The position numbers and the translations under genes are program-made. The notes beneath the pieces are model-generated. The model was not told the origin of the DNA. It saw only the letters and a list, made by a program, of their open reading frames with translations, and did not search any database. This document shows positions 35,788-47,312 of a stretch of 64,000 nt of DNA, piece after piece. Source of the stretch: Saccharolobus solfataricus P2 (GTDB lineage Archaea > Thermoproteota > Thermoprotei_A > Sulfolobales > Sulfolobaceae); the NCBI RefSeq assembly GCF_000007005.1, contig NC_002754.1, one strand, 5' to 3'. Numbering within the stretch: position 1 is the first letter of the stretch; each line of letters begins with the position of its first letter.

Positions 35788-36312
35788 ATGACGTTCCTAT
35801 TTAAGGGTATAGAATGCGAAGTCTATAAAATTACGTCAGTCAAATTAAATTACAGAGCTAAATTTACCTATACTGACTATTATGTTGAATATCATGATAA
35901 CTTCCTCTCAGTTAGCGAAATAGCTAACAAGATGCTTAAAATTAAGGAAATTGGACATGACAACGGTAGGACTTTAGAAGATAGTGTGAGGGAACTAATG
36001 AATGTTGTTCCAGCACAAAAAGTTTGTAAGCACTATATCTGTGGCAAGGCTGACTTCGTGAGAGAAGGAATTCCGGGTGAGATTAAGACTTTCAAGGAAG
36101 AGGTTAATCCAATTTATGAAGAGAAGGGAATACTTCAAGCAGTATTTTACGCAATGCTTTATGGAACAAAAATGTCGGAGTACGTTTCGGCGATTTACGA
36201 GGAGGATCTGAATAACGAGGATTACGCTATAATCAAAAGGATTGACTTTCATAGGATAATTCTGAGGAAACTAAGCTTGAAATATTTGCCTAAAGTTGAG
36301 GTGGTAGCATGA
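35788..36312 (+). CDS. Cas4-like PD-(D/E)xK nuclease lacking the four-Cys cluster
   Basis: LSVSEI, GKADFV, GEIKT and LQAVFYAMLY RecB-type motifs; GGGGTGA ribosome-binding site; first gene of the III-D operon. Confidence 0.65.
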   Translation: MTFLFKGIECEVYKITSVKLNYRAKFTYTDYYVEYHDNFLSVSEIANKMLKIKEIGHDNGRTLEDSVRELMNVVPAQKVCKHYICGKADFVREGIPGEIKTFKEEVNPIYEEKGILQAVFYAMLYGTKMSEYVSAIYEEDLNNEDYAIIKRIDFHRIILRKLSLKYLPKVEVVA

Positions 36313-36569
36313 ACATAGATATGGAGTACGTTTACATTTTGGTAACGAGACGCCCTATAACTGACAGTTTTGGAGTAGCGGTTATCTTTGAGGGACTAGG
36401 TTTGTGCTTCAACGTATTCGTCTATAAGCCTAGCCGAAATGCCATAATAATGAAAGTAGGCGAATTCAAAAAGCTTCTGAGATTCCTTAAAGAGGTAACG
36501 AATGCAGAATACAAAATGCGTGATTTCGGATATAACTCAGCACTCATATACTTTCTCAGGGAGATTTGA
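36309..36569 (+). CDS. Hypothetical 86-aa protein
   Basis: ATGA overlap with the upstream gene and 1-bp gap to cas6 imply translational coupling. Confidence 0.6.
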   Translation: MNIDMEYVYILVTRRPITDSFGVAVIFEGLGLCFNVFVYKPSRNAIIMKVGEFKKLLRFLKEVTNAEYKMRDFGYNSALIYFLREI

Positions 36570-36570
36570 T

Positions 36571-37293
36571 ATGATAGTTGCGGAAATTTTCGTTAAACCT
36601 GAGAGCGACGCTATCATACCGTTTAGTAGTAAAGTGGGGAAGAGTTTGCTTTTGGATCCTAAGAACGTTTCAATATCTCCTCTAAAATACAAGGGCAAAT
36701 ACTTGATAAAGTACGGATCAGTTTTAACTTTTCTGGAGGTTATTGGGGGTAATGTTTACTCTTTTGAGGTAGGTGGGGATGAGAGGAATGTGTACTCTGC
36801 TCTAATTAATTTGGGTGATAAGAGTTTATTATTCAATACTTATTGGAAAGTTGTCGACGTTGAGGTTCATGAAGTTGAGGTTAGTTCGATACCGAAGAAC
36901 TTTGGGGTTGATATTTTAACACCGGCTTTGATAGTCTCTCCCTATGTGAAGGAAAAGAGGAAGGTGTTCACTAATAAGTCTGAGTACGTTTTCTTCAATA
37001 ACATTATTGACGCTACCGGGTTCAATAGAGGTGATGTAAAGTTAAGTGAGGTGATTTCTCGTTTTGCTCAATTACTTTGGGAGGAACCGTCAATTATAGG
37101 ATATGCTAATGTGAGGTATGGTGATAAGTTGGTTATTGGGATGATCGGTAAATTGAGGTACTCGGTTAAGGGGGAGGATGAAGTTTTAATTAAGGTATTG
37201 GAGGACGCAATTGTGAGGGGTATTGGTTCGTCCAGAAGGAATGGGTTTGGTGTTGTAAGAATTAAGGGGGTGGAGGCAAGCTGGTTACGATAA
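36571..37293 (+). CDS. cas6: Cas6
   Basis: PFSSKV N-terminus and [11 protein letters not shown] glycine loop; ATG at 36571. Confidence 0.9.
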   Translation: MIVAEIFVKPESDAIIPFSSKVGKSLLLDPKNVSISPLKYKGKYLIKYGSVLTFLEVIGGNVYSFEVGGDERNVYSALINLGDKSLLFNTYWKVVDVEVHEVEVSSIPKNFGVDILTPALIVSPYVKEKRKVFTNKSEYVFFNNIIDATGFNRGDVKLSEVISRFAQLLWEEPSIIGYANVRYGDKLVIGMIGKLRYSVKGEDEVLIKVLEDAIVRGIGSSRRNGFGVVRIKGVEASWLR

Positions 37294-37907
37294 TCGGGTC
37301 TGATTTGGTTTACCTTAATTATGAAATAGAGAATTATACGAGGAACGTTAAAAGGGTTATTGTCTGCGGAGACGTTAAGGGATTTAGGTTGAGGGTTAAT
37401 AGGGTTGAGGTAATTGATAATTGTTTGTCTCTAGATGTTGAGGGAATAGCTGAGAGTATTGCTAGGAGGATTGGAAATAGTAAGGATAGTTATGTTGTTT
37501 TGCTTAATGGGAATTCCAATAAGTTCGCTGCAGCTATGTTTTACTTGTTTTCCATTATTTGCAAAAGGGTGAAGTTTGTAATCTACGATAGGGAAAGGGT
37601 TGAACTGGATGGAGATGTTTTTAGAAAGGTTGAGATTGACGATAAAATGATTACTGTACTGGGGGAGATAATGAATGGACGTTATAAGATAGAGGAGATT
37701 GAGAAGGATACTGGGATTAGTAAGGCTACAATTTCGAGGGTTAGAAGGAAGTTGGAGGAGATGGGGTTGGTTAAAAAGGTTGATGGTGGGAAATATTGTA
37801 TTAGTGAAAGGGGAAAGATAGTTGTTTACGATGGAGGATTTTTCAGAAATGTGAAAAAGGGAGGAAGGTATTATGAGAGTAAAACATTATATACAGAGAG
37901 AGTTTAA
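37281..37907 (+). CDS. CARF-like plus wHTH regulator (Csa3-like)
   Basis: C-terminal wHTH ([28 protein letters not shown]); N-terminal Rossmann-like VTIIGSD and LLNGNSNK; start at CTG 37281 or TTG 37305. Confidence 0.65.
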   Translation: MVTIIGSDLVYLNYEIENYTRNVKRVIVCGDVKGFRLRVNRVEVIDNCLSLDVEGIAESIARRIGNSKDSYVVLLNGNSNKFAAAMFYLFSIICKRVKFVIYDRERVELDGDVFRKVEIDDKMITVLGEIMNGRYKIEEIEKDTGISKATISRVRRKLEEMGLVKKVDGGKYCISERGKIVVYDGGFFRNVKKGGRYYESKTLYTERV

Positions 37908-38292
37908 TTATAGTGTGTCTTCTCAAGATTTACTTGACATTGCTACAAGGATAGCAATATCTGCAATTAAACCTAAACCCAAAAGTAATAAACCAGAACC
38001 ATATGTGGATTCTAGTACGATAAATAGTTTGTTGAGTTTTCTGCAAAGTAGAAGGAATGTAAATGAGTTGTTACTTTACATTATGCGTCAAGCTGGGAGA
38101 GATGAGATAGATGAGGAAACCGGGAAGTTGTTGTTGGCCAGTTTAAAGGATAGGGAGTTAAAGGATGCTGTGAATCTTTTGGGATATGTGAAGTGGGTTT
38201 ACGATACTTTAACGGGGTTAAAAGTTAATTACAATAATGTGAAGGGTGTTAAGACCTTCAAGGAGCTTGTTAACATTTTGAGTAAGGTGTGA
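37873..38292 (+). CDS. csm2: Type III small subunit (Csm2/Cas11-like)
   Basis: 139-aa helical protein with YIMRQAGR motif, heading the RAMP genes. Confidence 0.7.
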   Translation: MRVKHYIQREFNYSVSSQDLLDIATRIAISAIKPKPKSNKPEPYVDSSTINSLLSFLQSRRNVNELLLYIMRQAGRDEIDEETGKLLLASLKDRELKDAVNLLGYVKWVYDTLTGLKVNYNNVKGVKTFKELVNILSKV

Positions 38293-39041
38293 AAATGTCT
38301 TGTATGGATCTTGATGTTATAACGACTGTTGTGAAAATTGAGGGTAAGTTGCGTAATGAAACTCTCTTAAGAGTAGGTAAGGGTAAGACTCAAGATTTCG
38401 CTGAGGCTACTGATAATCCAATAATTAAATATAGGGATAGACCTTTAATACCCGGTTCTAGTTTGAAGGGGGCATTCAGGAGTTTAGTAGAGTCCTACAC
38501 CAAGTCATTAAACGACAGTAAATATTACGTGTGTGATTTGGACGATAATAGTTGCGTTAGCTGTGAGGAGAAAAAGAAGGATAATGGGATTGTAGAGGGG
38601 AGATATTGTATTCCTTGTATATTATTTGGCTTTAAGGATTTGGCTTCCAGGGTTTATATTTTAGACGCTATTGCTGAGAAGTACTCAATTTCCCAGAGAA
38701 CGATGGTTGCGATTAATAGGGTTTTCGGCGGACAAATGCCTGGCCATTTGTATACTTTGGATTACGTAGACCCTGGTAGTGAATTTAGTTTTATGATGAT
38801 GATTTATAATCTTAACTTGATCGAGGGGGAGAAGGATTGGAAGGCGAAGTCTGTTGAAGCCTTGAAGTTCCTTTTAGCGACACTGGTTAGAGAGGGGATT
38901 TTCGTAGGAGCTAGGAAGAGTGTTGGTTATGGTTTAATTAAGTTAGTTGACGCTAAGGTGAGTTTATATAAGGCACCAGATCACCTAGTTTCTCCAGTTA
39001 TTGTGAAGAAATTGGAAGAGGTGATTGGTACTAATGGTTAA
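38289..39041 (+). CDS. csm3: Type III-D Cas7-group RAMP (Csm3-like)
   Basis: [19 protein letters not shown]-x2-C-x-LFG and [10 protein letters not shown] motifs. Confidence 0.85.
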   Translation: MKMSCMDLDVITTVVKIEGKLRNETLLRVGKGKTQDFAEATDNPIIKYRDRPLIPGSSLKGAFRSLVESYTKSLNDSKYYVCDLDDNSCVSCEEKKKDNGIVEGRYCIPCILFGFKDLASRVYILDAIAEKYSISQRTMVAINRVFGGQMPGHLYTLDYVDPGSEFSFMMMIYNLNLIEGEKDWKAKSVEALKFLLATLVREGIFVGARKSVGYGLIKLVDAKVSLYKAPDHLVSPVIVKKLEEVIGTNG

Positions 39042-39870
39042 CTATACATTTATTGATAAGAGAGTGATAAAGAGGACTACTATGATTGAGGGAGATGTGG
39101 AAACGGTATCTCCATTAAAGATTGGTGGGGGAAAGGATAATTTCGATCCATCTTCCCTGGCTAAAGATTCCATCCTAAAGGATGTTGAAGGTAGACCGAT
39201 AATTCCAGGATCATCATGGAAGGGGATATTTAGATCTACTGGTGAAAGAATTTTAAGGTTAAGAAATATAGAAGTTTGTAGCGGTATAGGAAAGGATTAC
39301 TGTTTGAATAATAATCGAAAAGAAAGGGACTTCAATAGTGCGTTGAAGGAAAACGTTGATCAAGCATTAGAGATATTTTGGGATTATACTTGTTTGAACT
39401 GTAAAGTTTTCGGAACGATGAGTGTTATAGGTGCTGTGAGATTTCTAGATTCACTTCCCATTAGTTACTCATTGAACACTAGATCGATGATAGCGATAAG
39501 TAGGACGGAGGGAGCTGTAGCTAGGAGGGCCTTAGTAACTGTTGAATACGTTGATGTAGGGTCTAAATTTAGTTTTAAGATGATGGGGTACAATTTGCCT
39601 AATTACGCTATTGGTTACTTAATTACGATAATGAAGAATATTCATGATGGCTTTACACAAGTCGGAGGGCATAAGAGTAGGGGGTTCGGTTTTGTGAAGT
39701 TCGGTAAGGTTAAGTTTACCGATCTTGGAGAAAAGAGGATTGGTGATGAGGATATTCAAGTTAAGGATGTAGGTGATTTAGTGGAAGGAAATGGAGATGA
39801 GTTTTTCGGGAGAATGAAACCTTTTATGGAGGCTTTCAATAATGCAAAGATCCCCTATCCGAAGAAGTAA
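39034..39870 (+). CDS. csm3: Type III-D Cas7-group RAMP (Csm3-like)
   Basis: [19 protein letters not shown] and GGHKSRGFG motifs. Confidence 0.87.
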   Translation: MVNYTFIDKRVIKRTTMIEGDVETVSPLKIGGGKDNFDPSSLAKDSILKDVEGRPIIPGSSWKGIFRSTGERILRLRNIEVCSGIGKDYCLNNNRKERDFNSALKENVDQALEIFWDYTCLNCKVFGTMSVIGAVRFLDSLPISYSLNTRSMIAISRTEGAVARRALVTVEYVDVGSKFSFKMMGYNLPNYAIGYLITIMKNIHDGFTQVGGHKSRGFGFVKFGKVKFTDLGEKRIGDEDIQVKDVGDLVEGNGDEFFGRMKPFMEAFNNAKIPYPKK

Positions 39871-40669
39871 CTATACTCCTAGAAATGAAAAGGGATTAGA
39901 AGGGGTTATAGAGTTACAGCTAAATGTAGTTTCCGATTACTTACACGTAGGTTCTGGGAAGTATGATGTGGAGGTAATGCGTAGCGTTAGTGACGTTAAA
40001 CGATTGGTTGAGGATTATTTAAGCGGAGGTAATAAAAGAATCCCTAATAATGTTGATCAGTATTTCTCAATGGTAGCTTTTCTAATGGTTAGAAATAAGG
40101 ATAATGTTGTTATTCCCGGGTCAACTATTAAGGGAATGGTTAGGAGTAGGTTGGAGTTATCTGTACCGGGTTCATGTTATATAGTTACTGGGCATTCTAC
40201 TTCATCTTCTGCAGTTTATAAGAGGATTTTCAATCCTGATCCAAATAGGGGTAGTGATAGGTTTGACGTTAATAAATTTCCACAAGTTTGTCCAGTTTGC
40301 GATTTATTAGGCAATATGGGATTAGCTAGTAGGGTATCGTTAAGTGATTTCGTAATGACGTCTGGTAAGGTAGATTACGTAAACGTTAAAGGAAGGGATT
40401 ATGAAGTTGTTACTAAGGGTTCGATTTTCGCTGGAAAGGTTTTGTATAAGTCTCTGAAGCCTGTTGAAATTGGGATGTTATTATATGGTTTTGGTTTCGT
40501 TAAGGATTGTAATGGGTCTAAGGTTATGCTATTGGGTAGGTTTAAGTTTTCTGATAAGAGGTTTGGAAGGGTTAAATTTAGTTTGAAGACTCCTATAGCA
40601 GATTGTAATAAACTTGTTTCTGATTTTGTTAAACAATTTAATCCTAGATATATTAATGAGGAGTGGTAG
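39842..40669 (+). CDS. Type III-D Cas7-group RAMP
   Basis: [14 protein letters not shown] and CPVCDLLG motifs; degenerate glycine loop. Confidence 0.8.
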   Translation: MQRSPIRRSNYTPRNEKGLEGVIELQLNVVSDYLHVGSGKYDVEVMRSVSDVKRLVEDYLSGGNKRIPNNVDQYFSMVAFLMVRNKDNVVIPGSTIKGMVRSRLELSVPGSCYIVTGHSTSSSAVYKRIFNPDPNRGSDRFDVNKFPQVCPVCDLLGNMGLASRVSLSDFVMTSGKVDYVNVKGRDYEVVTKGSIFAGKVLYKSLKPVEIGMLLYGFGFVKDCNGSKVMLLGRFKFSDKRFGRVKFSLKTPIADCNKLVSDFVKQFNPRYINEEW

Positions 40670-40670
40670 A

Positions 40671-40835
40671 ATGAAGAAGTGTATTAGATATGATTTATAT
40701 ATAGAGGAGTGTAAACCGGGCAAGGATTACCTCTATGAGTTGGATTGTAAAGAAAGTGAGGAGGGCGATATAAGGAAAATTGAATGTAATGGGATAAAGT
40801 ATATTGAGATGGTGGTTAGGTATGATAAGAGGTAA
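40671..40835 (+). CDS. 54-aa Cys-containing micro-protein between the RAMP genes and cas10
   Basis: Fills the gap exactly: 1 bp after the RAMP stop and overlapping the cas10 start. Confidence 0.45.
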   Translation: MKKCIRYDLYIEECKPGKDYLYELDCKESEEGDIRKIECNGIKYIEMVVRYDKR

Positions 40836-43310
40836 GTTGTTGTTACCAGAAAAAAAGGTTGTTTTCATTAACGAGAGTGAAGTGCAGAGTTTGAGGAAAG
40901 ACGTTGTAGATGCATTAAAGGTATTTTCATCCTTAGCGTGTGAACTAGCTGATAATAACGAGACTAAGGCTACCAATATTTTCGCTGATCTAATTTCAAT
41001 GATTTATAAGCTCCCTATGTTGATTTCTTACGTACCTAGTGATAAGTTATCAACCCCCCATGAGTACTTCTTTGCCTATATAGTGTTTAGGCATCTAGTA
41101 GAGGACTCTATGCCAAGTAACGATATTGCCAAGTTATTGGAGATATTAGAGGAGAAGAAAAGAGATGAGATTAAAGAGGTTTTAGATTACGCGAGGACTT
41201 TGAGGAAAATTTACGAGAAATTGCTTTACGTTCCAGCTGATACTAGGCCAGGGTATAATTTTACGTCATTGGCCTCTCATCTTCAATTGTCATCAATTTT
41301 AGTTTGGCTATTGCAAAAGGGATCAGTGGATTTAAACTACTTGAGGATTTCGGCTTTACTTCATGATATAGGTAAGTTATTTAACCCAACTAACCACGTG
41401 AGTGAATCTATTAAGATTTTGGATGAGGTTATTGAGGGATCGGAATGTCTAAAGACCAATTTGAGTAGGGTGAAGAGTTTAGTTGAACAGCATCACGCTC
41501 CTTTGGAGACTATTTTGAACGATGCCGATAGATTGGCTGCATCTACTGATAGGTTTAGTGAGATAGTGAAAGGTGCTTTAAATAACACGAAGATAGGTGA
41601 GTGTTATAGTTTGTGTTATGGTAGGGATGTGAGAACAAAGGAGTGTATGGAGTGTTTAGAGGAATACGGCGAAGAGACGTATAGTGAGGAGAGCAAGAGG
41701 TTGTATGATGTAATAAGTAATTCTGTTGTTAGTCAGAAGGTTGAGGGTAATGCGATAGGTTATTTGGTTTACATTGATTTTCCTGGAATACAGAGATTCA
41801 TAACGAGTTTTCCAAAGTTAAGAGAGATGAGTTTCGCTAGTTTTCTAGTGGACTTTGTAACTTCAATTTACTCATTTATAGTCTTGGATCAAGCCTATTA
41901 CGAGAGAACTGGTAAAAAGTCAAGAATCCCCGCAGAGGCTTTGTTAAGTGGTTATGGTGGACATTCATATATTATAGTTAGGAGTGATTTCGGTTCTAAG
42001 GATGAGGTTAAGGCGTGGTTGGAAAGCGTTTCTTCTTCAGCTCTTAGTAAGTTAGGTATTAGATTAGACGTTAAGGTCGCTGACTTTGCCTATGAGAACT
42101 ACGTTAGGAATTATAAGGAGGTCTATGAGGATATGATGTCTAAGAGTTATGAGAGATATTTAATTCGTGATGAGGGGAAGGTTTACTCTTATGGTTTGCA
42201 TAGAGTTTGTGATAATTGCGGTATAAGGCCTGCTGTTAATAGAAGTGATGATGGGGAGTATTTATGTGAGACTTGTAATTTAGTTAGGGATCTATCTAAG
42301 AATAGAGGTTTTATTGCTAAGTATAAGTCAAAATACACTCTATATGAGGAACAACGTATTGAGATTTCACCTAAGGAGGATATAAAGTTTAAGCTTGATA
42401 AGAATCAAGACCCTACCACTACGCCATGGAGATTATTGCGGGTTATCGTACTACTTCTGACAGTAGGTATATTGCCTTGATTAAGGCTGATGGAAATAAC
42501 GCTGGAAAGATCTTTGGAAATACCGTTACGTTTTCGGAGTATGTAGATAAAAGTTTTAGGCTAGATTTCGGAGTGAAGAAGATGTTCTACGATACGTTAC
42601 TGGACATTATGAGGGCTTCTAGTGATGAGTCAATTAAGAAGGACTTAGTCTCAAGGATCTTACTTGGTGTGCTTTATTTGGGTGGAGATGATATAATGTT
42701 ATTGTCGCCCTCAGCAATTGCAGTGCCATTTGCTGTTAAAATGTTTAAGAGGAGTTTAGAGTATACGGGGTTTACGTTTAAGGTGGGTATTATATCAGTT
42801 AAGCCAGATCACCCAGTGCAGTTCGCTTATGGGGCTGTAAATGCGCTTATGGAAGAGAGTAAGATTCATACGGGTGAGAAGTCTTCAATAGGCGTTTTGG
42901 TGTTTTCTTCAACTTTAGCCAGTGAGGGTGTTGTTAAGAGCGATTTGAAAAATTATAGGAAAGAGAAGGAGAGTTTTTTGGTAGTTTCCAATGACGTTGA
43001 TGATGTAGAGAGGCTTTTGAATCTGATGGAGTTGGATGACTTTGGAAAGCTTATGGAATTATATTGGAATCCTGAGGAGGGAAGAAAGGTGATTAGAGAT
43101 AAGATAAGGTCTTTAGAACGTTTCGTAAATTATGCTGACACTCACGACTTTTACAATACTTTGGCTTACTTAATAAGGTCTAAGGCTAAGAGCGAGGAGA
43201 ATAGTTTGATTAAGAGGATTATTGATTTGACTATAAAGGGTAGGGACGATTTCGTGTTTCCGCTTTACGATTACTACTTTATTTTAAAGTCAATTAGGGT
43301 GGGAATATGA
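40822..43310 (+). pseudogene. cas10: Cas10 (type III-D), split by an apparent 1-bp frameshift at ~42402-42425
   Basis: HD motif LLHDIGK and zinc finger CDNC...CETC in the 5' ORF; KADGN and GGDD palm motifs in the 3' ORF (42426-43310). Confidence 0.9.
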
Positions 43311-43927
43311 TACCGATTAAGGTGAGTATGAGGAATTTGAGTTCACTTACAATAGCTGGAGGTAGTACTATAAGCTCTATCGATATTCCTCTTAACCCAC
43401 TTGGAGTTCCGCCATCAACGATAAAGGGTACAATGAGGACGGCAGTGCATAATTTACTACCTAATGGGTATACGTCATGTGGGGAAGTAGAGCCTGAAAG
43501 TATTAGGGAAGCTCATAAAAATGGAGTTTGTGACGTTTGTAAATTATTCGGTTATCCAGATTCCCTTACGGGGTGTTTTACTATAGACGTTTCCAAAACT
43601 GATTATCGTACATCTTATATAACTAGGGTTTCAATTGACGATAAAACGCAAAGGGCCAAAGAGGGTTCCCTCTTTACCCAACAAATCATATTGCCAAATA
43701 GCGATATTTCCTTTACTGTTTATTACAATTGTAATGATGAGAGATTGTTTAAACTTCTACTTTACTCTATCCTGGATTTAAGGTATTGGAGGTTGGGAAG
43801 AAATACTATGATTGACGTAAAGGTTAATAATGTTGAGGAGATTTGTAAGAGCGTTAAGTGTGATGAGGAAATTAATGGAATATTAAACCAACTTTCCAGA
43901 TATTTGTGGGAGGCTGAGAATAAATGA
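43307..43927 (+). CDS. Type III-D Cas7-group RAMP
   Basis: PPSTIKG, CDVCKLFG and TRVSIDD motifs. Confidence 0.8.
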   Translation: MIPIKVSMRNLSSLTIAGGSTISSIDIPLNPLGVPPSTIKGTMRTAVHNLLPNGYTSCGEVEPESIREAHKNGVCDVCKLFGYPDSLTGCFTIDVSKTDYRTSYITRVSIDDKTQRAKEGSLFTQQIILPNSDISFTVYYNCNDERLFKLLLYSILDLRYWRLGRNTMIDVKVNNVEEICKSVKCDEEINGILNQLSRYLWEAENK

Positions 43928-44838
43928 TCTTAATAAAGTTAAAGGTTAAAGGCTACATAACTACTCAAATGAGGAGAATTAGGAATTACTACTTCTCAAT
44001 AACAAATTACATTCCTTCAACAACTCTTAGAGGAGCCATACTAGCTGAGTACTATAATCAAACTGGGAAAATTGATGAAAACTTTTACGTATCTCCAGCC
44101 TATCCAATTAAGACTGCCCCAGCCCATTACTTCAGCCCAGCTAAGGAGAGGAAGGGTGATGAGTTCATTGAGGTTAAAAGGATACTTGAGAAGAAGGAAA
44201 AGGAGTTTGAAGCCAATAAGCCAATTGAAGAGATAATGAAATTGGAGATTGATGGTAAACATCCCAAGCCTAAAATAGGATCTTTAATAACTTATGAGGG
44301 GGAGACTGATAAGGAGAATAAATATAGGGAATTCTCGAGTAAATCAATTATTCAAATGCACGTAGCTATTGATAAGACGTCAATATCCTCATATAAGGGA
44401 ATGCTGTTCGCCTATGAATACAAGGAATTCGATGAAATGTGGGCTATTGCCTCAGACTCTGAAGTTATTGACACTGTTAAGAGAATAAAGATTGGTAGGG
44501 GGAAGAATAGGGGCAATAAGGTTGTTGATGTTGAAAAGGTTAGGGAAGTATCATTGGATCAGTCCAAAGGGTTATTATATTGTCTATCTCCTTGTATAGG
44601 ATCACTATTTGGTAAAACGTTCTTTAAGGCGAAATATATCATAGGGGATAAGTCAATTTACTCTGGTTGGTTTACGGTAGATAGTTTCAGTGGTCAAAAG
44701 CCAGTCTTTGAGACGTTAAGAGAGGGTTCCCTAGTTTACGTTGAGAGTTTTAGTAACGAGAAAAGTTTAATGCCCGCAGGGCTTAATTTCATGCTAAGAA
44801 TATCAGACTTAAGCTCAATACTTAATAAGGTGAGTTAA
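43924..44838 (+). CDS. csx10: Type III-D Cas5-group RAMP (Csx10-like)
   Basis: YIPSTTLRGA, HVAID and IGRGKNRG motifs; position after cas10. Confidence 0.7.
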   Translation: MILIKLKVKGYITTQMRRIRNYYFSITNYIPSTTLRGAILAEYYNQTGKIDENFYVSPAYPIKTAPAHYFSPAKERKGDEFIEVKRILEKKEKEFEANKPIEEIMKLEIDGKHPKPKIGSLITYEGETDKENKYREFSSKSIIQMHVAIDKTSISSYKGMLFAYEYKEFDEMWAIASDSEVIDTVKRIKIGRGKNRGNKVVDVEKVREVSLDQSKGLLYCLSPCIGSLFGKTFFKAKYIIGDKSIYSGWFTVDSFSGQKPVFETLREGSLVYVESFSNEKSLMPAGLNFMLRISDLSSILNKVS

Positions 44839-44839
44839 A

Positions 44840-45598
44840 ATGGTCATTCAAGTTTTCAGGTTAAATTTCAGATTAAGAACTGGTTTCAGAGTAGGTGGAG
44901 GTCAAGAGGTAGGCGATAACGTAATACGTCAATTGAGAATAGGAGTAGAAGGCGTAATGATCCCTGCCAGTAGTTGGAAGGGAATGTTTAGAAGGGTGAG
45001 TGAGATCGTTTTGAACAGTGAAGATCATTTTGAAGAGCATAGCAAAAAAGAGGTAGATACTAGGACAATAAACGCTTTACTGAAGAGCGATGAGAAATTC
45101 AGAAGGATAGCTATAAGCAAGGTTGGTAAGGAGGTTATTACACAAAATGGTATAAATGTTGATAAGCTAGATAGTGAGAGTTTAAGCGATCTGAGGAGGA
45201 TTTACAATGAATATAATTGTCCAATTGAGAGATTATACGGAAGTAATTATTTCGCTGGAGGTATTACTATTTCAGATAGCGTTATTCCTAATGCAAGTAT
45301 AATGGAAAGAACGCATGTAACTATCGAAAGGAAGAGTAAAAAGGCTTCTGAAAAACACTTGTTCAGTGAGGAGATAATTGATGCTGAAAAGATTGAGGTT
45401 AAGGTGATAGTTAGAAATGAGTTTGAATTATGGAAAAATAGTTTAAAGTTACTGAGGGAGATCGGCTACTTCATTGGAGGAAGTAAGTCTAGAGGTATCG
45501 GCTACATTGTACTGGACGAAAAGGAGAGTGAATATGCAGTTATAAATAACTTTAGTGAAACTCCTAAATTTTCTGAACTTAAGAGATATCTGAGTTAA
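44840..45598 (+). CDS. Type III-D Cas7-group RAMP
   Basis: FRVGGG, IPASSWKG and IGGSKSRGIG motifs. Confidence 0.82.
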   Translation: MVIQVFRLNFRLRTGFRVGGGQEVGDNVIRQLRIGVEGVMIPASSWKGMFRRVSEIVLNSEDHFEEHSKKEVDTRTINALLKSDEKFRRIAISKVGKEVITQNGINVDKLDSESLSDLRRIYNEYNCPIERLYGSNYFAGGITISDSVIPNASIMERTHVTIERKSKKASEKHLFSEEIIDAEKIEVKVIVRNEFELWKNSLKLLREIGYFIGGSKSRGIGYIVLDEKESEYAVINNFSETPKFSELKRYLS

Positions 45599-46106
45599 CA
45601 AACCTAGAAGTGCGAATGTAGTAAACCATCAGCTTTTTTATATATTATACCGTAGATAAGGAGAAGAAATTCTCATCACCGGTGAAGAATGGTTAGTATA
45701 AAGGGAAATATAAGTGTGGAAGGGCGTTTTCACAATACGGTAGAGAGCAGAAGGTGGATTCTTAAAAAATACAAAGTGAGTATTTTTAGCGAAGCCATCC
45801 ATATGAGTTTGTTGCTGTTGTGACTCCCCCGGTTATTGGGTATGACATATATTAAAAATAACATTAAATTTAGAGTAAGCTCATCTTATTTATACAATCA
45901 GACATTTAAAATTATATTTTAGGTTATCAATAACGAGTATAATGGAATAAATTTTCATATATCTAAAAAATGATATTATAATCTTATCTAAATAAATATT
46001 TGTAAAACGATTTTGAATTAACCGTAAAAGGGGAGGCTTTCAGTCTTTTGTAATTTTGCACCCCTAATCCCGCTAAGTATAAAAGAGGCAAAAGATAAAT
46101 TCATGA

Positions 46107-46691
46107 ATGATGAAAAGCTTAGTAATTCACGGGAAAAATTCCTCTCCAGAGAAAGTGGAATGGTTAGCGAAACCGCTTAGGAAGTTTGGAGAAGTTATTG
46201 TACCTGAATTCGAGATCGAAGCAAAGGAAGGTGTAGAAAAAGCACTAACTTACGATTTCGACTGCATAGCGGGTCACTCTAGAGGAGGTCTAATCGCACT
46301 AATTGCAGCAGCGTTAAAGGGAAAATGGGCTATTGCTGTCTCAGCCCCATCAGATAGGAGAAAACAAAAGGAGTACTTATCGAAGTTCCCACCCGGTACA
46401 GTGCAGTATAACATTTACCAAGATTTAATGAAGATGCCGGAGTACGAGCTTGAATATTCGTCACTTTCCTACGCTGATAGGTTAAAGAAAGTACTATTAA
46501 TACATGGAGAAGATGACGAAATGGTATTAAAGGAACATTCAATTACCTTATGTGATACAATAAAAAGGATGGGAGGGGATTGCGAGTTGCATATAATTCC
46601 GAAAATGAAGCACACACCTTTAGGGCAACAGTATCAAACAATTTGGAGTATAATTGAGGATTGGATAAAGAGGAATAGTTCTAGTTTTTAA
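46107..46691 (+). CDS. Alpha/beta hydrolase (esterase/peptidase)
   Basis: GHSRGG nucleophile elbow, HGEDD and MKHT motifs. Confidence 0.85.
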   Translation: MMKSLVIHGKNSSPEKVEWLAKPLRKFGEVIVPEFEIEAKEGVEKALTYDFDCIAGHSRGGLIALIAAALKGKWAIAVSAPSDRRKQKEYLSKFPPGTVQYNIYQDLMKMPEYELEYSSLSYADRLKKVLLIHGEDDEMVLKEHSITLCDTIKRMGGDCELHIIPKMKHTPLGQQYQTIWSIIEDWIKRNSSSF

Positions 46692-46815
46692 CCAGTTTGT
46701 GCCCAGTTCTCATACCTCATGAGTTCATTTCTACCCTTATCTTTAGCCACAATGTCTAGATAACTTATTGAATATTATTCACAAAAACTACTATATTATC
46801 TTCATTCTAATTGAT

Positions 46816-47030
46816 GGGTCGACTCTGTTATCTATTGCGAATTCCCTTCTATTTTAAAGATTTTGGCGAATTATGCTTTGTTGAATACTTTAATTTTCTA
46901 AGAGGTTAAGCTCATTAATTTTTCTTAAATTCGAAATCAATCCTTGATTTAAAAGTAAGCTCAACGTTAACTCAGATAAAAATTGAAGAGATCCGCAAAG
47001 CAGGCGAATTAACTGAATGAAGATGATCGA
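46816..47030 (+). mobile_element. Degenerate copy of the 163-bp MITE family, interrupted by an SM3-type MITE
   Basis: GTTATCTATTGCGAATTC...TTTTAAAGATT and AATTAACTGAATGAAGATG flank the insert. Confidence 0.6.
46874..47002 (+). mobile_element. 129-bp MITE (SM3-type, ISC1058-like ends)
   Basis: TIRs TGCTTTGTTGAATACTTTA / TGCTTTGCGGATCTCTTCA match the ISC1058 ends at 24775 and 25811; 9-bp TSD GGCGAATTA. Confidence 0.8.
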
Positions 47031-47039
47031 CTAACACAC

Positions 47040-47118
47040 TAGTGCTTTCAGAAAGTTTATAGCTTTAGGCAAAGGATATACCACTAGATCATAGTCTAAG
47101 AACTTTTCTAAAATATTA
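47040..47118 (+). mobile_element. 79-bp MITE (SM1-type)
   Basis: Near-identical to 3837-3915; AC on both flanks. Confidence 0.85.
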
Positions 47119-47312
47119 ACGTTAAAAGTACCGTTAAAGTATAAAGAAAATTGAATAGGTTCACGTAGCATCAATGCGAGGTTTACGCATCAAATAACTT
47201 ATAAACATCGGTGTTGCAATTGTAGCTAATAACATCATATTCTAAATTTTACCATAAGATTTACTACTGAACGTCCAAAGCCCCAGTATATGGGATAAGA
47301 ACTTCGGAACTA

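Noticed and set aside
42380-42430. Programmed ribosomal frameshift in cas10
   Set aside because: No X-XXY-YYZ slippery site or obvious downstream stimulator in the interval where the shift must occur
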